Origin: an uncultured virus (IMG/VR IMGVR_UViG_3300042554_002206)
Lineage: Duplodnaviria; Heunggongvirae; Uroviricota; Caudoviricetes
DNA length: 64,000 nt
Virus record (IMG/VR): IMGVR_UViG_3300042554_002206
Reading direction: 5' to 3' (one strand)
Shown: piece after piece, positions 28,888-37,248 of the stretch
Layout: each line of letters opens with the position of its first letter
Position numbering within the stretch: the stretch's first letter is position 1
Notes under the pieces: model-generated
Databases searched by the model: none
The model's input: the letters and a program-made list of their open reading frames with translations, nothing else
Told to the model about the DNA's origin: nothing
Position numbers and translations under genes: made by a program

Positions 28888-29721
28888 TCAGAGCAGCTCA
28901 AGCCCCGGCTTGCCGTAACCAGCCAGGTTTACCGAATATTTGATCACGGTGCCTGCCTCCTGCGCAGGCTGGTAGCTCTCAAACAGGCCGAACCCGTATT
29001 CCACAAGGTTCCCGTTGTGGGGGCCGATCAGTCCGTACCCCACCATTAGTTTCTCGCCCAGGTTCAGCTCTTCGCACAAGCGCATCGCACGCCAAGCAGA
29101 CGCATTGAAGGCGGTAGCACCGTTCAAGGTCCAGGTCTTATCCTTGGCGGTCGGGATCGGAGTGGCATAGCCGCCCGCCTCGTCGTCGTAGGTGGTGATG
29201 GCCTCCTTGGTGGTGCTGTTTGCCGGCTGGCAGTTGGTCAGCCCCAGCAGCCGAAACGGGGGGTCAGTACCATCAAGCAGCAGCGAGGGGGCCACTACGC
29301 CAGCGGCAACGGCGGCCGTGGTGATCGCTGAACCAGCCAGGGCGTAGGAGAGGGTGTGCGGGCTTGTGGTGGTCACCGCTGTCACCACAAACGAACCGTT
29401 CAGACTGGCGAACGGGGCGGGGAGATCTTTGACAACGATCCTCCGGCCTACTGCAATGCCGTGGGCAGCGTCGAAGGTCAGGGTGGCGAGAGAGGTAGTG
29501 GTGACGGCATTTGTTACCGCTTTGGTGCCAACGCCAAAAGCGAAGGTATCACCCGTGCCGGCGGTAATCACCTTGGCAGATGCCGGTTGAGTCGTGGTGT
29601 CGTTGATGAATTTGCCAGCACCAAGCCCGCCAAGATTGACGCGGGTTAGGTCGATCGCTGACGACTTGATGGGGGTGAAAAAGAACCGGTAGCCAAAGGC
29701 CTGCTGCCACTCCAAAGTCAT
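28888..29721 (-). CDS. Major tail tube protein with inserted beta module
   Basis: ITTYDDEAGGYATPIPTAKDKTWTLNG...EAGTVIKYSVNLAGYG. Confidence 0.7.
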   Translation of the reverse strand: MTLEWQQAFGYRFFFTPIKSSAIDLTRVNLGGLGAGKFINDTTTQPASAKVITAGTGDTFAFGVGTKAVTNAVTTTSLATLTFDAAHGIAVGRRIVVKDLPAPFASLNGSFVVTAVTTTSPHTLSYALAGSAITTAAVAAGVVAPSLLLDGTDPPFRLLGLTNCQPANSTTKEAITTYDDEAGGYATPIPTAKDKTWTLNGATAFNASAWRAMRLCEELNLGEKLMVGYGLIGPHNGNLVEYGFGLFESYQPAQEAGTVIKYSVNLAGYGKPGLELL

Positions 29722-29808
29722 GTTTCTGCCGGCATCGCCGGGGCGTTACCTCTCAGGGTGCCGCCATGGCTTAAGCCTCATCAGTGGCTTAGGCTGGAAA
29801 GCTGGGGC

Positions 29809-30072
29809 ATGGCCTCCTACCCTCGCGGCGTCAGCCACTGCCCTCATAACAACCATCGCCCGTATCAGGCTCGGGTGTGGTGGGATGGTCGTCGTTGGTC
29901 GCTGGGCTATTTCCCGTCAATCCAGGCGGCAGCGCAGGAGGTTGAGGCGTGCTATCAACAGATTGAACGATGGGCAGCCATGCTCCTGCCGCCGCCCATG
30001 CTGGCGTCGCAGTATCGGGAGCGTCTGGCACAAGCAGCGTCACCATCCGCTGCGGATCCCCCGCCATCCTGA
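29809..30072 (+). CDS. AP2-domain-like small DNA-binding protein (antisense, overlaps the chaperone 3' end)
   Basis: YPRGVS...YQARVWWDGRRWSLGYFPSIQAAA matches the AP2 pattern; has its own promoter-like motif. Confidence 0.6.
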   Translation: MASYPRGVSHCPHNNHRPYQARVWWDGRRWSLGYFPSIQAAAQEVEACYQQIERWAAMLLPPPMLASQYRERLAQAASPSAADPPPS

Positions 30073-30613
30073 AGGTGCGCACCTGGCCGGCGGCCGTATC
30101 TTCGGCCAGCAGCAACCCCCGCCAGCCGTCCTGATGCTCGACTGGGGCCAGCAGTAGGGCATCATCTGCCAGCAGGGCCAACAGTGTGGGGGGGGTTATT
30201 CCCTCTCCGGCGGTAGCAAGGGCATCGTAGAAGGCCATCGCAAACCCCGGAACCTGCTGGGCTTCGCATAGGGCAAGCATCGCGGCACCAGCTTCTGCCG
30301 GCGGGCCCTGCGGTGCATCGCCAGCCGCAGCCGGCGGCAAGTGCCAGCAAAAGTCCTCCATCTTGAAGGGCTCGCTGCGCTTATCGGTGTCCCGGTGAGC
30401 GCTGGCGTACCAGGCGTGAAGGTTGGCGATCGGCCGTTCTGCCGCGTGCTGCCGTTCCCTCAGGAATCGGGCGCCTGTTTCGATCGCTTCCCAGACGATC
30501 GTTTCGGGGCAGTAGGCGAATCGCTCACAGGAGAAGAATTGATGGTTAGGCCAGAGGTCGTTGACCCTCCAGAAGATTGCGCCCCAGTCGGTTGGGGCAG
30601 GTCGGGCTTTCCC
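29831..30613 (-). CDS. Tail assembly chaperone, -1 frameshift extension (gpT-like)
   Basis: The -1 frame is open from GGGAAAG (30613-30607) into ORF 29831..30361. Confidence 0.7.
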   Translation of the reverse strand, partial: GKARPAPTDWGAIFWRVNDLWPNHQFFSCERFAYCPETIVWEAIETGARFLRERQHAAERPIANLHAWYASAHRDTDKRSEPFKMEDFCWHLPPAAAGDAPQGPPAEAGAAMLALCEAQQVPGFAMAFYDALATAGEGITPPTLLALLADDALLLAPVEHQDGWRGLLLAEDTAAGQVRTFRMAGDPQRMVTLLVPDAPDTATPAWAAAGAWLPIVQSVDSTPQPPALPPGLTGNSPATNDDHPTTPEPDTGDGCYEGSG

Positions 30614-31161
30614 AGGTTTTCGGCCATCGCTTGCAAGTCGGGCGCTTCCTGATCTTTGCCCCCGCGTTGCTCTCGCAGCATAAAGTTGTAGATGGCATCT
30701 CGCAACCCTTCGGTCATCTTCAGGGTTTCATCATCGGTCCAGTTGGCGCAGTCAGCATCTACTTCCCCCAGTCGGTAACGGATTGCAGCAGTAACCATCC
30801 GCGTGACCCTTGCCTGAAATTTTGCGGTTTGGCACTTTTCAATTTCATGGATCAACCGGTGCTCACGCTTGCGAATCATGGTTTCCAGTGGCTCCAGCAC
30901 CACGGGAATGCCGTTGTGCGCGGACATCACCCGCAAGGCGACCAAGTTAGCGGTCGGCTCGGGTAGGCCGTCCATGTGCTGGATGACCTGAGCTAAGCGC
31001 TGCAACTGGTCGGTCAGCGTGGACTGGTCTTCGATCTCTTCCAGCAGTAAGCGCTCCCCGACCAGCAGAGCATGAAAGACCGGGAACTGCAGGATGCCCG
31101 TGGTTGCATCCCCCACGTCCTGGACCTGGACATCTAGCGCGGTGACAAACGGTAGGGGCAC
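30460..31161 (-). CDS. Tail assembly chaperone (gpG-like)
   Basis: Contains the lambda-type G GGA AAG slippery site at ...ENLGK. Confidence 0.7.
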   Translation of the reverse strand: MPLPFVTALDVQVQDVGDATTGILQFPVFHALLVGERLLLEEIEDQSTLTDQLQRLAQVIQHMDGLPEPTANLVALRVMSAHNGIPVVLEPLETMIRKREHRLIHEIEKCQTAKFQARVTRMVTAAIRYRLGEVDADCANWTDDETLKMTEGLRDAIYNFMLREQRGGKDQEAPDLQAMAENLGKPDLPQPTGAQSSGGSTTSGLTINSSPVSDSPTAPKRSSGKRSKQAPDS

Positions 31162-31377
31162 GGTGCCGGCGGTGCTGTTTTCCCAGTTTGCCGTAGTGGC
31201 TTAGGGAGTGGGGATGGCTTATGATGTGGGGGCCGGGAGCATCGTGTCGGTGCCAGGGGTTGCGGCCCCTGTTTCTACCTGGTGAGATCCCAGTTCCCGC
31301 TTGCGTTTCTCAGGCGGTGGGCGGTTCTGGGCTAAAACCGACTCCTGGCACCCATTCACCACCGCCGACATCCCTTC

Positions 31378-32289
31378 ATGGACCAACCACTTGTAACCGG
31401 TGAAATCGCCTCTGGTTACGCAAAGCAAATCCGCCAGGGGTTGCGGCAAGCCCTGCGAGAAGGCGTTGCTCTTGGCGGATTAAGGCCAGCGACCAAACGG
31501 CGGAATGACGCAGCCCATGCAAAGGCTTTGCAACAGGTCATGGAGTACCGGGATGTCCTGGAAGCTGGGCACGACAAGAGTCTGTCGGCATTAAGTCGCG
31601 ACCTTTTTGATGCTGGCTGTTGCACTCGCTCCGGCAAGCCCCTTACACCGGAAATGGTGCGACGCCTTAGGATCCGACTGGAAGAAGCTGGAGAAGCGGT
31701 TGCTGTCGGTGATCCGGCGCCCCGCGCCCGCGCCGCCCTGGACGAGCCGGAGGAGGAGGGGCCGAGTGATCAGGAACTTGAGAGGTTCCTGGCCGAACGG
31801 CACAGAGCGCGAATGGAGAGTGAATCGGCGTTTGGTTGTCCCGATTTTGACGGAGCTAAGGCCAGGGCTGCTCGGATTGCCGATGCCCGCGCTGTCCTCG
31901 ACCGCTGGGGCCGGCCTGCCGCGTCAGCACCGAGCGAAGCGGCATGGGCCCTGGCACAGCTGCTAGACGGCGTTCAGCGGCACGACCTGCAAAGCATGAC
32001 AGGGCTTTCTGATCGTGATTGCGACCGGATCTGGTCCGCACGGTCTGACAACCCAACCACCGCCCCCGCGCCAAAGCCCATCCCGGTGTGCGAACGGCCA
32101 TGGGAGCGGGATGGGTGGCGTGATACTGAAGGTCGCTGCTGGTTTTGTAATGCCTACTCCATGGGTAGATGGAACTATCAACTCCCGCCCGACTCTGAGC
32201 AGGACTGGGGAATGTTAGGGACCGAGACCCATTGCCTCCCGCACTGGGCCATTGCGCGACCTCGGCCAGAGGCGAAAAAATCCACCTAG
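31378..32289 (+). CDS. Mosaic protein with a serine-recombinase-like C-terminal DNA-binding module (no catalytic domain)
   Basis: IRQGLRQALREGVALGG...SLSALSRDLFDAGCCTRSGKPLTPEMVRRL. Confidence 0.55.
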   Translation: MDQPLVTGEIASGYAKQIRQGLRQALREGVALGGLRPATKRRNDAAHAKALQQVMEYRDVLEAGHDKSLSALSRDLFDAGCCTRSGKPLTPEMVRRLRIRLEEAGEAVAVGDPAPRARAALDEPEEEGPSDQELERFLAERHRARMESESAFGCPDFDGAKARAARIADARAVLDRWGRPAASAPSEAAWALAQLLDGVQRHDLQSMTGLSDRDCDRIWSARSDNPTTAPAPKPIPVCERPWERDGWRDTEGRCWFCNAYSMGRWNYQLPPDSEQDWGMLGTETHCLPHWAIARPRPEAKKST

Positions 32290-32726
32290 CCCCGCGCTAC
32301 CGCCACCTGTATCCGTTGCTGCAGCTTCTGCCCCAGTGGATACACGGGAATCCCTGGAGCCTGCACCGCGCCACTCACCGCATCTGTCCAGGTCTTAGCC
32401 GGCAGGATGGTGCCATTGCGCAGGCGGGCACCTTCATGCACGACAGTGGCGTAGCCAGCGCTCCAGCGAGCTTCCAGCGTGTAGGGACCAATGAAGCTGT
32501 AGGTGCCGCTTTGTCGCAGGGAGCCGGTGTCCACGATGTTGCGCGGGCTGCCGACCACTCCGACCCGGCGCCGTGTTTCCCGTGGCCAGTTCCATGCCGC
32601 AGGGTTGAAGCTGGCCTGATACCGGCCAAACAGTTCGATCAGGGTCTTGCGGGCGATCTCCTGCAGCATCCGATCCGTTGCCCCAGGGCCGGGGCCTGTG
32701 ACCGTGGTTTCAACGCGGATGGACAT
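32286..32726 (-). CDS. HK97 gp10-like neck/tail component
   Basis: PRNIVDTGSLRQS...YATVVHEG. Confidence 0.7.
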   Translation of the reverse strand: MSIRVETTVTGPGPGATDRMLQEIARKTLIELFGRYQASFNPAAWNWPRETRRRVGVVGSPRNIVDTGSLRQSGTYSFIGPYTLEARWSAGYATVVHEGARLRNGTILPAKTWTDAVSGAVQAPGIPVYPLGQKLQQRIQVAVARG

Positions 32727-32729
32727 AGC

Positions 32730-33203
32730 TCACACCGCAGTAGAAAGTGCCGCCCTGAACTTGTCCCCCAGGGCTTCCCGTAGCTCAATCCCGATCCCGC
32801 CGACACCAAAGGGCTGGCTCAGCTCCAGCATCCTCAACTGCCCCTGCTCGGTACCGTCAGCCAGGGTGGGCAGCGCTGACAGGTTGGTTAGCACCGCCTT
32901 GCCTTCGGCGCCTGGCAGCATCCCAGCCGGCCTGTAACCCGTCTCATTCCAGCTCAGCGACGACCCGGCGGCCAGCCAGCTGGCGGAGCCCAGCAGCGCC
33001 CAACGGGTGAGGTAGCCCTCCAGGATCAGCGAGCCCGCCATCACCCCCGGCAGATCCTGCTCACTGCGGCCTTGGCTCTTGGCAAAGGCCTCGACCACCA
33101 CCGCAGGGCCAGCGGCAGGCACCCCGGCGCGGAAGTTGGTGATCGCGCCAGTCGGCGTCCAGATCATCCTCAGGTTGGCGTATTCGGCGAAGTCCGTGGC
33201 CAT
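32730..33203 (-). CDS. Putative head-closure protein
   Basis: Position and TGATG coupling. Confidence 0.5.
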   Translation of the reverse strand: MATDFAEYANLRMIWTPTGAITNFRAGVPAAGPAVVVEAFAKSQGRSEQDLPGVMAGSLILEGYLTRWALLGSASWLAAGSSLSWNETGYRPAGMLPGAEGKAVLTNLSALPTLADGTEQGQLRMLELSQPFGVGGIGIELREALGDKFRAALSTAV

Positions 33204-33697
33204 CAGCTACGCACCAGTTGCGCCATTCCGCCGCTGCCGCCGACGACCGGTTTGATCCCCAGCGACTGGAAGATCCGGCCCTTTAAGTCGACCAAACGAG
33301 CGGCGAGCACGGCGCCGGCCGTCCCACCAGAACCGCCTGACTCGTACTTCACGCGCAACAGGCTGGTATCCCATTCCAACACGTCGGCCTTGCTCTTCAG
33401 GTCGTCGCGGGCCAGGGTGGTACCAGGGGCGGGGCCTTCGTAGCTCGCTGCATTCAGCAGGTGCTCCCGGCCCGCTTCCACCCGGTCCGCGTAGTCCGCC
33501 TCCAGGGCCTCGATCTCGTCGATCCATCGTTGCACGTGCAGAACGGTAGAGGCGGAGATCAGCGCCACCCGGTTGAGGATCGAAGTCAGCTCGGTCTGGT
33601 TCGTCACCGACAACGGCCAGCCGGCATACCCTCGAATCAGCTCCCGGTCATCCCGTGGTGTCACCCGCCAAAGGGCGTTCAGGGTTGGGATGGTCAT
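33203..33697 (-). CDS. Putative head-tail adaptor protein
   Basis: KADVLEWD motif; ends LVRS; start at MTIPTL. Confidence 0.55.
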   Translation of the reverse strand: MTIPTLNALWRVTPRDDRELIRGYAGWPLSVTNQTELTSILNRVALISASTVLHVQRWIDEIEALEADYADRVEAGREHLLNAASYEGPAPGTTLARDDLKSKADVLEWDTSLLRVKYESGGSGGTAGAVLAARLVDLKGRIFQSLGIKPVVGGSGGMAQLVRS

Positions 33698-33756
33698 GGC
33701 GCGATGCGATCTGCTGCAGGTTTCCGGGAAAGCTGCGGTAGTAATCGGAGATTCCC

Positions 33757-33897
33757 GTGTACGGCAAATCGGCAGGCAAAGGCGCGGGCAAGGGCGCAAT
33801 GGCGATAGGCAAGGGCAAGAAGGGTGGCAGCTCAATGTCCATGGCGATGCCGAAGAAAGCCAAGCCCGCCAAGTCCGCCCGCCCAAAGGCCAAGTAA
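33757..33897 (+). CDS. 46-aa Lys/Gly/Ala-rich basic peptide (not in the ORF track)
   Basis: GGAG RBS 6 nt before GTG; MYGKSAGKGAGKGAMAIGKGKKGGSSMSMAMPKKAKPAKSARPKAK. Confidence 0.6.
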   Translation: MYGKSAGKGAGKGAMAIGKGKKGGSSMSMAMPKKAKPAKSARPKAK

Positions 33898-34197
33898 TCA
33901 GTCTGGGGCGTGCCACTGTTTGATTCTTGCCGCCCTGTCAGCACAGAAGAACGGCTGCGCTTGATACCAGGACCAGACATCGCTATCGCCCTTTGAAGCG
34001 TTGCAGCGAGCGCAGGCGGCCACCTGATTGGCACGGACCGTGGGACCTCCCCTGGCCTTGGCGATCACATGATCGAGCGTGATGTTTTTGGGCTGGCATC
34101 CGCAGTAAGCGCAGATTCCATTCCAGGCGTCAATGATCTCGCGCCTGAAACTGCTTCGAGTGACCAGCACGGTTCCCTCGATTCGGTGGGATGCCAC
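33898..34197 (-). CDS. HNH endonuclease
   Basis: CAYCG...TLDHVIAKARGG...N.VAACARCNASKG. Confidence 0.9.
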   Translation of the reverse strand: MASHRIEGTVLVTRSSFRREIIDAWNGICAYCGCQPKNITLDHVIAKARGGPTVRANQVAACARCNASKGDSDVWSWYQAQPFFCADRAARIKQWHAPD

Positions 34198-34545
34198 CTA
34201 GGCGAGCTTCTGCAGCCAGACGCGGGCGCTCAAGCTGATGGATCTTTGCAACATGGTGACGACCTTGTGGCCGCTGCGTGGCGGCATGGTCAGGGCAACC
34301 TCACGCAGCACCTGCCGGGTAGCCTCTTCATCCCTGGCCCTTACCGTGGCACGAAGGGTCAGGAATGCCCGCAGTTCGGGGGGCATCGGTGCATCCGTAG
34401 CGGGGGGCATCGGTGCGTGGCGCGTTTCCTCAGCTTGCCAGGGTGGCTTAGGGAATGGCAATGGCTTAGGATGGGCAGGCCGGGGCCCTCATGGGAGTGG
34501 GGCTGACGCCCCGGCACCCATTCGCCACCATCGATCAACCCATTC

Positions 34546-34767
34546 ATGCAACCACGAGCACAGCACCTTGAATGGTGCAAGAAACGAGCCTTGGCCTACG
34601 TGGATCAGGGCTACCTGCAGCAAGCGCTGGAGTCAATGTTTGCCGATCTTGCAAAGCATCCTAAGACCAGAAATCATCCCGACATTGAAACCGGCGATCT
34701 ACTGAAGATTGTAGGGATGTTGAGCACGCCGCAGGAAGTACGCCTCTTTATTGAAGGCTTCAACTGA
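34546..34767 (+). CDS. Conserved-looking small phage protein
   Basis: HLEWCKKRALAYVD.G...A..SM..DL.KHP...FIEGFN. Confidence 0.65.
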   Translation: MQPRAQHLEWCKKRALAYVDQGYLQQALESMFADLAKHPKTRNHPDIETGDLLKIVGMLSTPQEVRLFIEGFN

Positions 34768-34795
34768 CCACCGACCCACCTATTCACCGCCACCA

Positions 34796-35176
34796 ATGAC
34801 CGACTCAGACTTTATATCCGCACTGAAGCAGCTTGCTGATGCTGTTGACGGGTGGGAGATGGAACTAGCCGCTGATGATCCGCTGGCCATTGCCATGGAT
34901 CACGCTCGCAAGCTGTTGCAGACAGCCGAGAGGGACGAGCGGCTTTCATCCGGGAAGCTGGTCAGCGAACGGCTTGACGAGCTTTTTGCCGAGGTTGAGC
35001 GAAGGGGCATTGAGCCTGCTGAGGTCATCCTAGGCTGCCGTGCGTTTTGGCTTTACTGCAAAGAGAGGCGCGTATATGTAGGTCGATCGACACAGTTGCG
35101 AGGTGGCTACAATGGCCTTCCGGTAACAAAAAGCGACTCAGAAGCCGCAGAATTTGTTGCTATTGAATGCCAATAG
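34796..35176 (+). CDS. Hypothetical protein
   Basis: ORF in a + strand island. Confidence 0.5.
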   Translation: MTDSDFISALKQLADAVDGWEMELAADDPLAIAMDHARKLLQTAERDERLSSGKLVSERLDELFAEVERRGIEPAEVILGCRAFWLYCKERRVYVGRSTQLRGGYNGLPVTKSDSEAAEFVAIECQ

Positions 35177-35214
35177 TGACGCCACACTCCCAATCCCCTT
35201 ACCACCCCCTACCG

Positions 35215-36162
35215 ATGACCAACCCTGCCCCAACGTCCCAGCCAGCCGATCCCGTCGTCTCGTTCCTACATCGGGTAGCGGCAAAGGCGGCTGGGGATTG
35301 CCAGTTTGAGATGGCTGTAAAGATCAGGGCGTGCGCCGATTTCATCGCCCAGCGTGACGCCAGCTATCCCGTAGCCGCAGACCAGGCAGAAGGGCCGAGC
35401 CTCGCCGATGTTGACGAGTTGTGCGCCGAGTTTGGGTTCCGTCTACCCGACAACGAAGGCCGCGTTTGCTCAAAAGAAGTCCCACGCGACATGATCACCG
35501 CCGCCATCACCCGCTGGCCGCTGGCTGCCGAGCCCGTTACTGATCCGCTGCAGTCGGAGGCGCTGCTGGAGATCAAGCCGGCGGATGCTCCCGTGCCTCA
35601 GGAGGCGGTATTGCTTGACAAAGGCTCTGGCCTCATGGCCTTTGGCATGAGCCGCTTAGGCGCCTTCCCTGCGCCCCAACAATCCGCCGCACCCCCGGCC
35701 GTTGATATCAGTGACAAGTCCGTCGCTGGTATCCGCGCCGTGTTGCTAGGGCTGGCCCGCTCAGCCAGTCCCGATGCCCAGCCCGCAGCCCAGCCGGTGA
35801 ACCTGGCCGAGCTGCATGATCCCGACTTCTCCGGCGGCCTGACGCCAAGCCAGCACCTTGACGTGGTGCATGGTGGGGCGGATCCCACCTGGCGGCCGAT
35901 TGAAACGGCGCCTAGGGATGGGACGTGGGTGCTGCTTGCCGGCGGCGAATGCGAATCTAACGAAGAAAGTGATAACAGGGGGCGTGTTGTTACGGCGCAG
36001 TGGACCACCGAATACAGGTCAAACGCAGGCGACCGACCGATTGCCGATTTTGGGCGCTGGGAGTTTGCGTACTACGACTCAGGCGTTTATGGGGAATACG
36101 AAAACCCCACCCACTGGCAACCCCTCCCCAGCTCACCCATCACCCCCATCCCCCATGCTTGA
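35215..36162 (+). CDS. Mosaic protein with DUF551-like C-terminal module
   Basis: WRPIETAPRDGTWVLL...NPTHWQPLP. Confidence 0.65.
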   Translation: MTNPAPTSQPADPVVSFLHRVAAKAAGDCQFEMAVKIRACADFIAQRDASYPVAADQAEGPSLADVDELCAEFGFRLPDNEGRVCSKEVPRDMITAAITRWPLAAEPVTDPLQSEALLEIKPADAPVPQEAVLLDKGSGLMAFGMSRLGAFPAPQQSAAPPAVDISDKSVAGIRAVLLGLARSASPDAQPAAQPVNLAELHDPDFSGGLTPSQHLDVVHGGADPTWRPIETAPRDGTWVLLAGGECESNEESDNRGRVVTAQWTTEYRSNAGDRPIADFGRWEFAYYDSGVYGEYENPTHWQPLPSSPITPIPHA

Positions 36163-36640
36163 CGCCAACACCCCCGCCTTTCAGCAGCAGTACCCCAACG
36201 GCGCCATAGTCCGCGACCGACTGGGGCGCAGGATCAGCGGCGTGATGGCCTTCGACCCGGAGACCGGAGAGGTCATCCGCATCGGCGAGAGCCGCATAGT
36301 GGGTGCAATCCTGAGAATGGCCAGGGGCCGCCAGCAGCAATGGCATCTTCCGGCTGAGTTCGGCCGCCACGGCTTCTGGCCCGCGCCGCTGATGATCAGG
36401 GCGAACACGCCACCTTCACCTAAGCACCCGATGTGCCGGTGCATCTCCATACCACTCAAGCTGGCAACTGAAGCCGATCTGGCCTACGTCAATCATGAAC
36501 CCTTGCCAGAAGTGGCCTGGAGATCACCGATTACAGGCAAAACCATCGTGGTGAAAGGGATTACTGGCCCCAATGAACACTTCAACGGCTCCTATACGGT
36601 GACTTCAGTGAGCCACAACACTATCCCCGCCATTGACTGA
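36155..36640 (+). CDS. Hypothetical protein (paralog A)
   Basis: YPNGAIVRDRLGR...DPETGEVI...RHGFWPAPL. Confidence 0.55.
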   Translation: MLDANTPAFQQQYPNGAIVRDRLGRRISGVMAFDPETGEVIRIGESRIVGAILRMARGRQQQWHLPAEFGRHGFWPAPLMIRANTPPSPKHPMCRCISIPLKLATEADLAYVNHEPLPEVAWRSPITGKTIVVKGITGPNEHFNGSYTVTSVSHNTIPAID

Positions 36641-36643
36641 ACC

Positions 36644-36979
36644 ATGCCAATGCAAACACCTGAGAAGTACCCCAACGGCGCAACCGTCTACGACCGCATG
36701 GGGCGCCAGTTGCGTGGCGTGGTGGCCTGCAACCCAGAGACGGGGGAGGTGATCACCTGCGACATGGGGTGGATTGCTAAGGCTTGGCTGAGGGCACTGT
36801 GGACCAAGGATCCATTCAGCCATGCTTACCGTTGGCGACTGGGCCGGCTGCGATTTCCATCAAGACTGCCCCGCTACGAGGTCGTAAGTGGCGAGATCCT
36901 GCGCCGCCACGGCTTCTACCCCGCCCCTCTGACGATCAAGCCCCGGCAGTGGCTTCACATCGGGCTTGACAAGCCCTAA
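36644..36979 (+). CDS. Hypothetical protein (paralog B)
   Basis: YPNGATVYDRMGR...NPETGEVI...RHGFYPAPL. Confidence 0.55.
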   Translation: MPMQTPEKYPNGATVYDRMGRQLRGVVACNPETGEVITCDMGWIAKAWLRALWTKDPFSHAYRWRLGRLRFPSRLPRYEVVSGEILRRHGFYPAPLTIKPRQWLHIGLDKP

Positions 36980-36996
36980 TGCCAAGCCGTTGACCC

Positions 36997-37248
36997 ATGA
37001 GAAATCCCTTCATTCAGTTCAAATACGCTTTCGAGTTCTGGGCTGCTGCTGTTTTTGGCATTTATTCGCAAGACTTTTATGACTGGAATGAATGGCTATT
37101 CCGCGACCCAAGATACACGCAGGAAAATCTTACGGGACGATTCTGGCAGGAAATCAATGAGGGCTGGGACTGGATGCAGCCTTACATGATTGAGCATCTT
37201 GCAGAATTTGATTCATGGGGCAAGCTCACCCCCCAGCCGCCCGCCTAG
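36997..37248 (+). CDS. Hypothetical aromatic-rich protein
   Basis: Last ORF of the island. Confidence 0.45.
   Translation: MRNPFIQFKYAFEFWAAAVFGIYSQDFYDWNEWLFRDPRYTQENLTGRFWQEINEGWDWMQPYMIEHLAEFDSWGKLTPQPPA

Noticed and set aside
33765..33830. GGCAA-rich stretch resembling the pentamer array
   Set aside because: Explained by Gly-Lys codons of the small basic peptide; no sustained 5-nt register.
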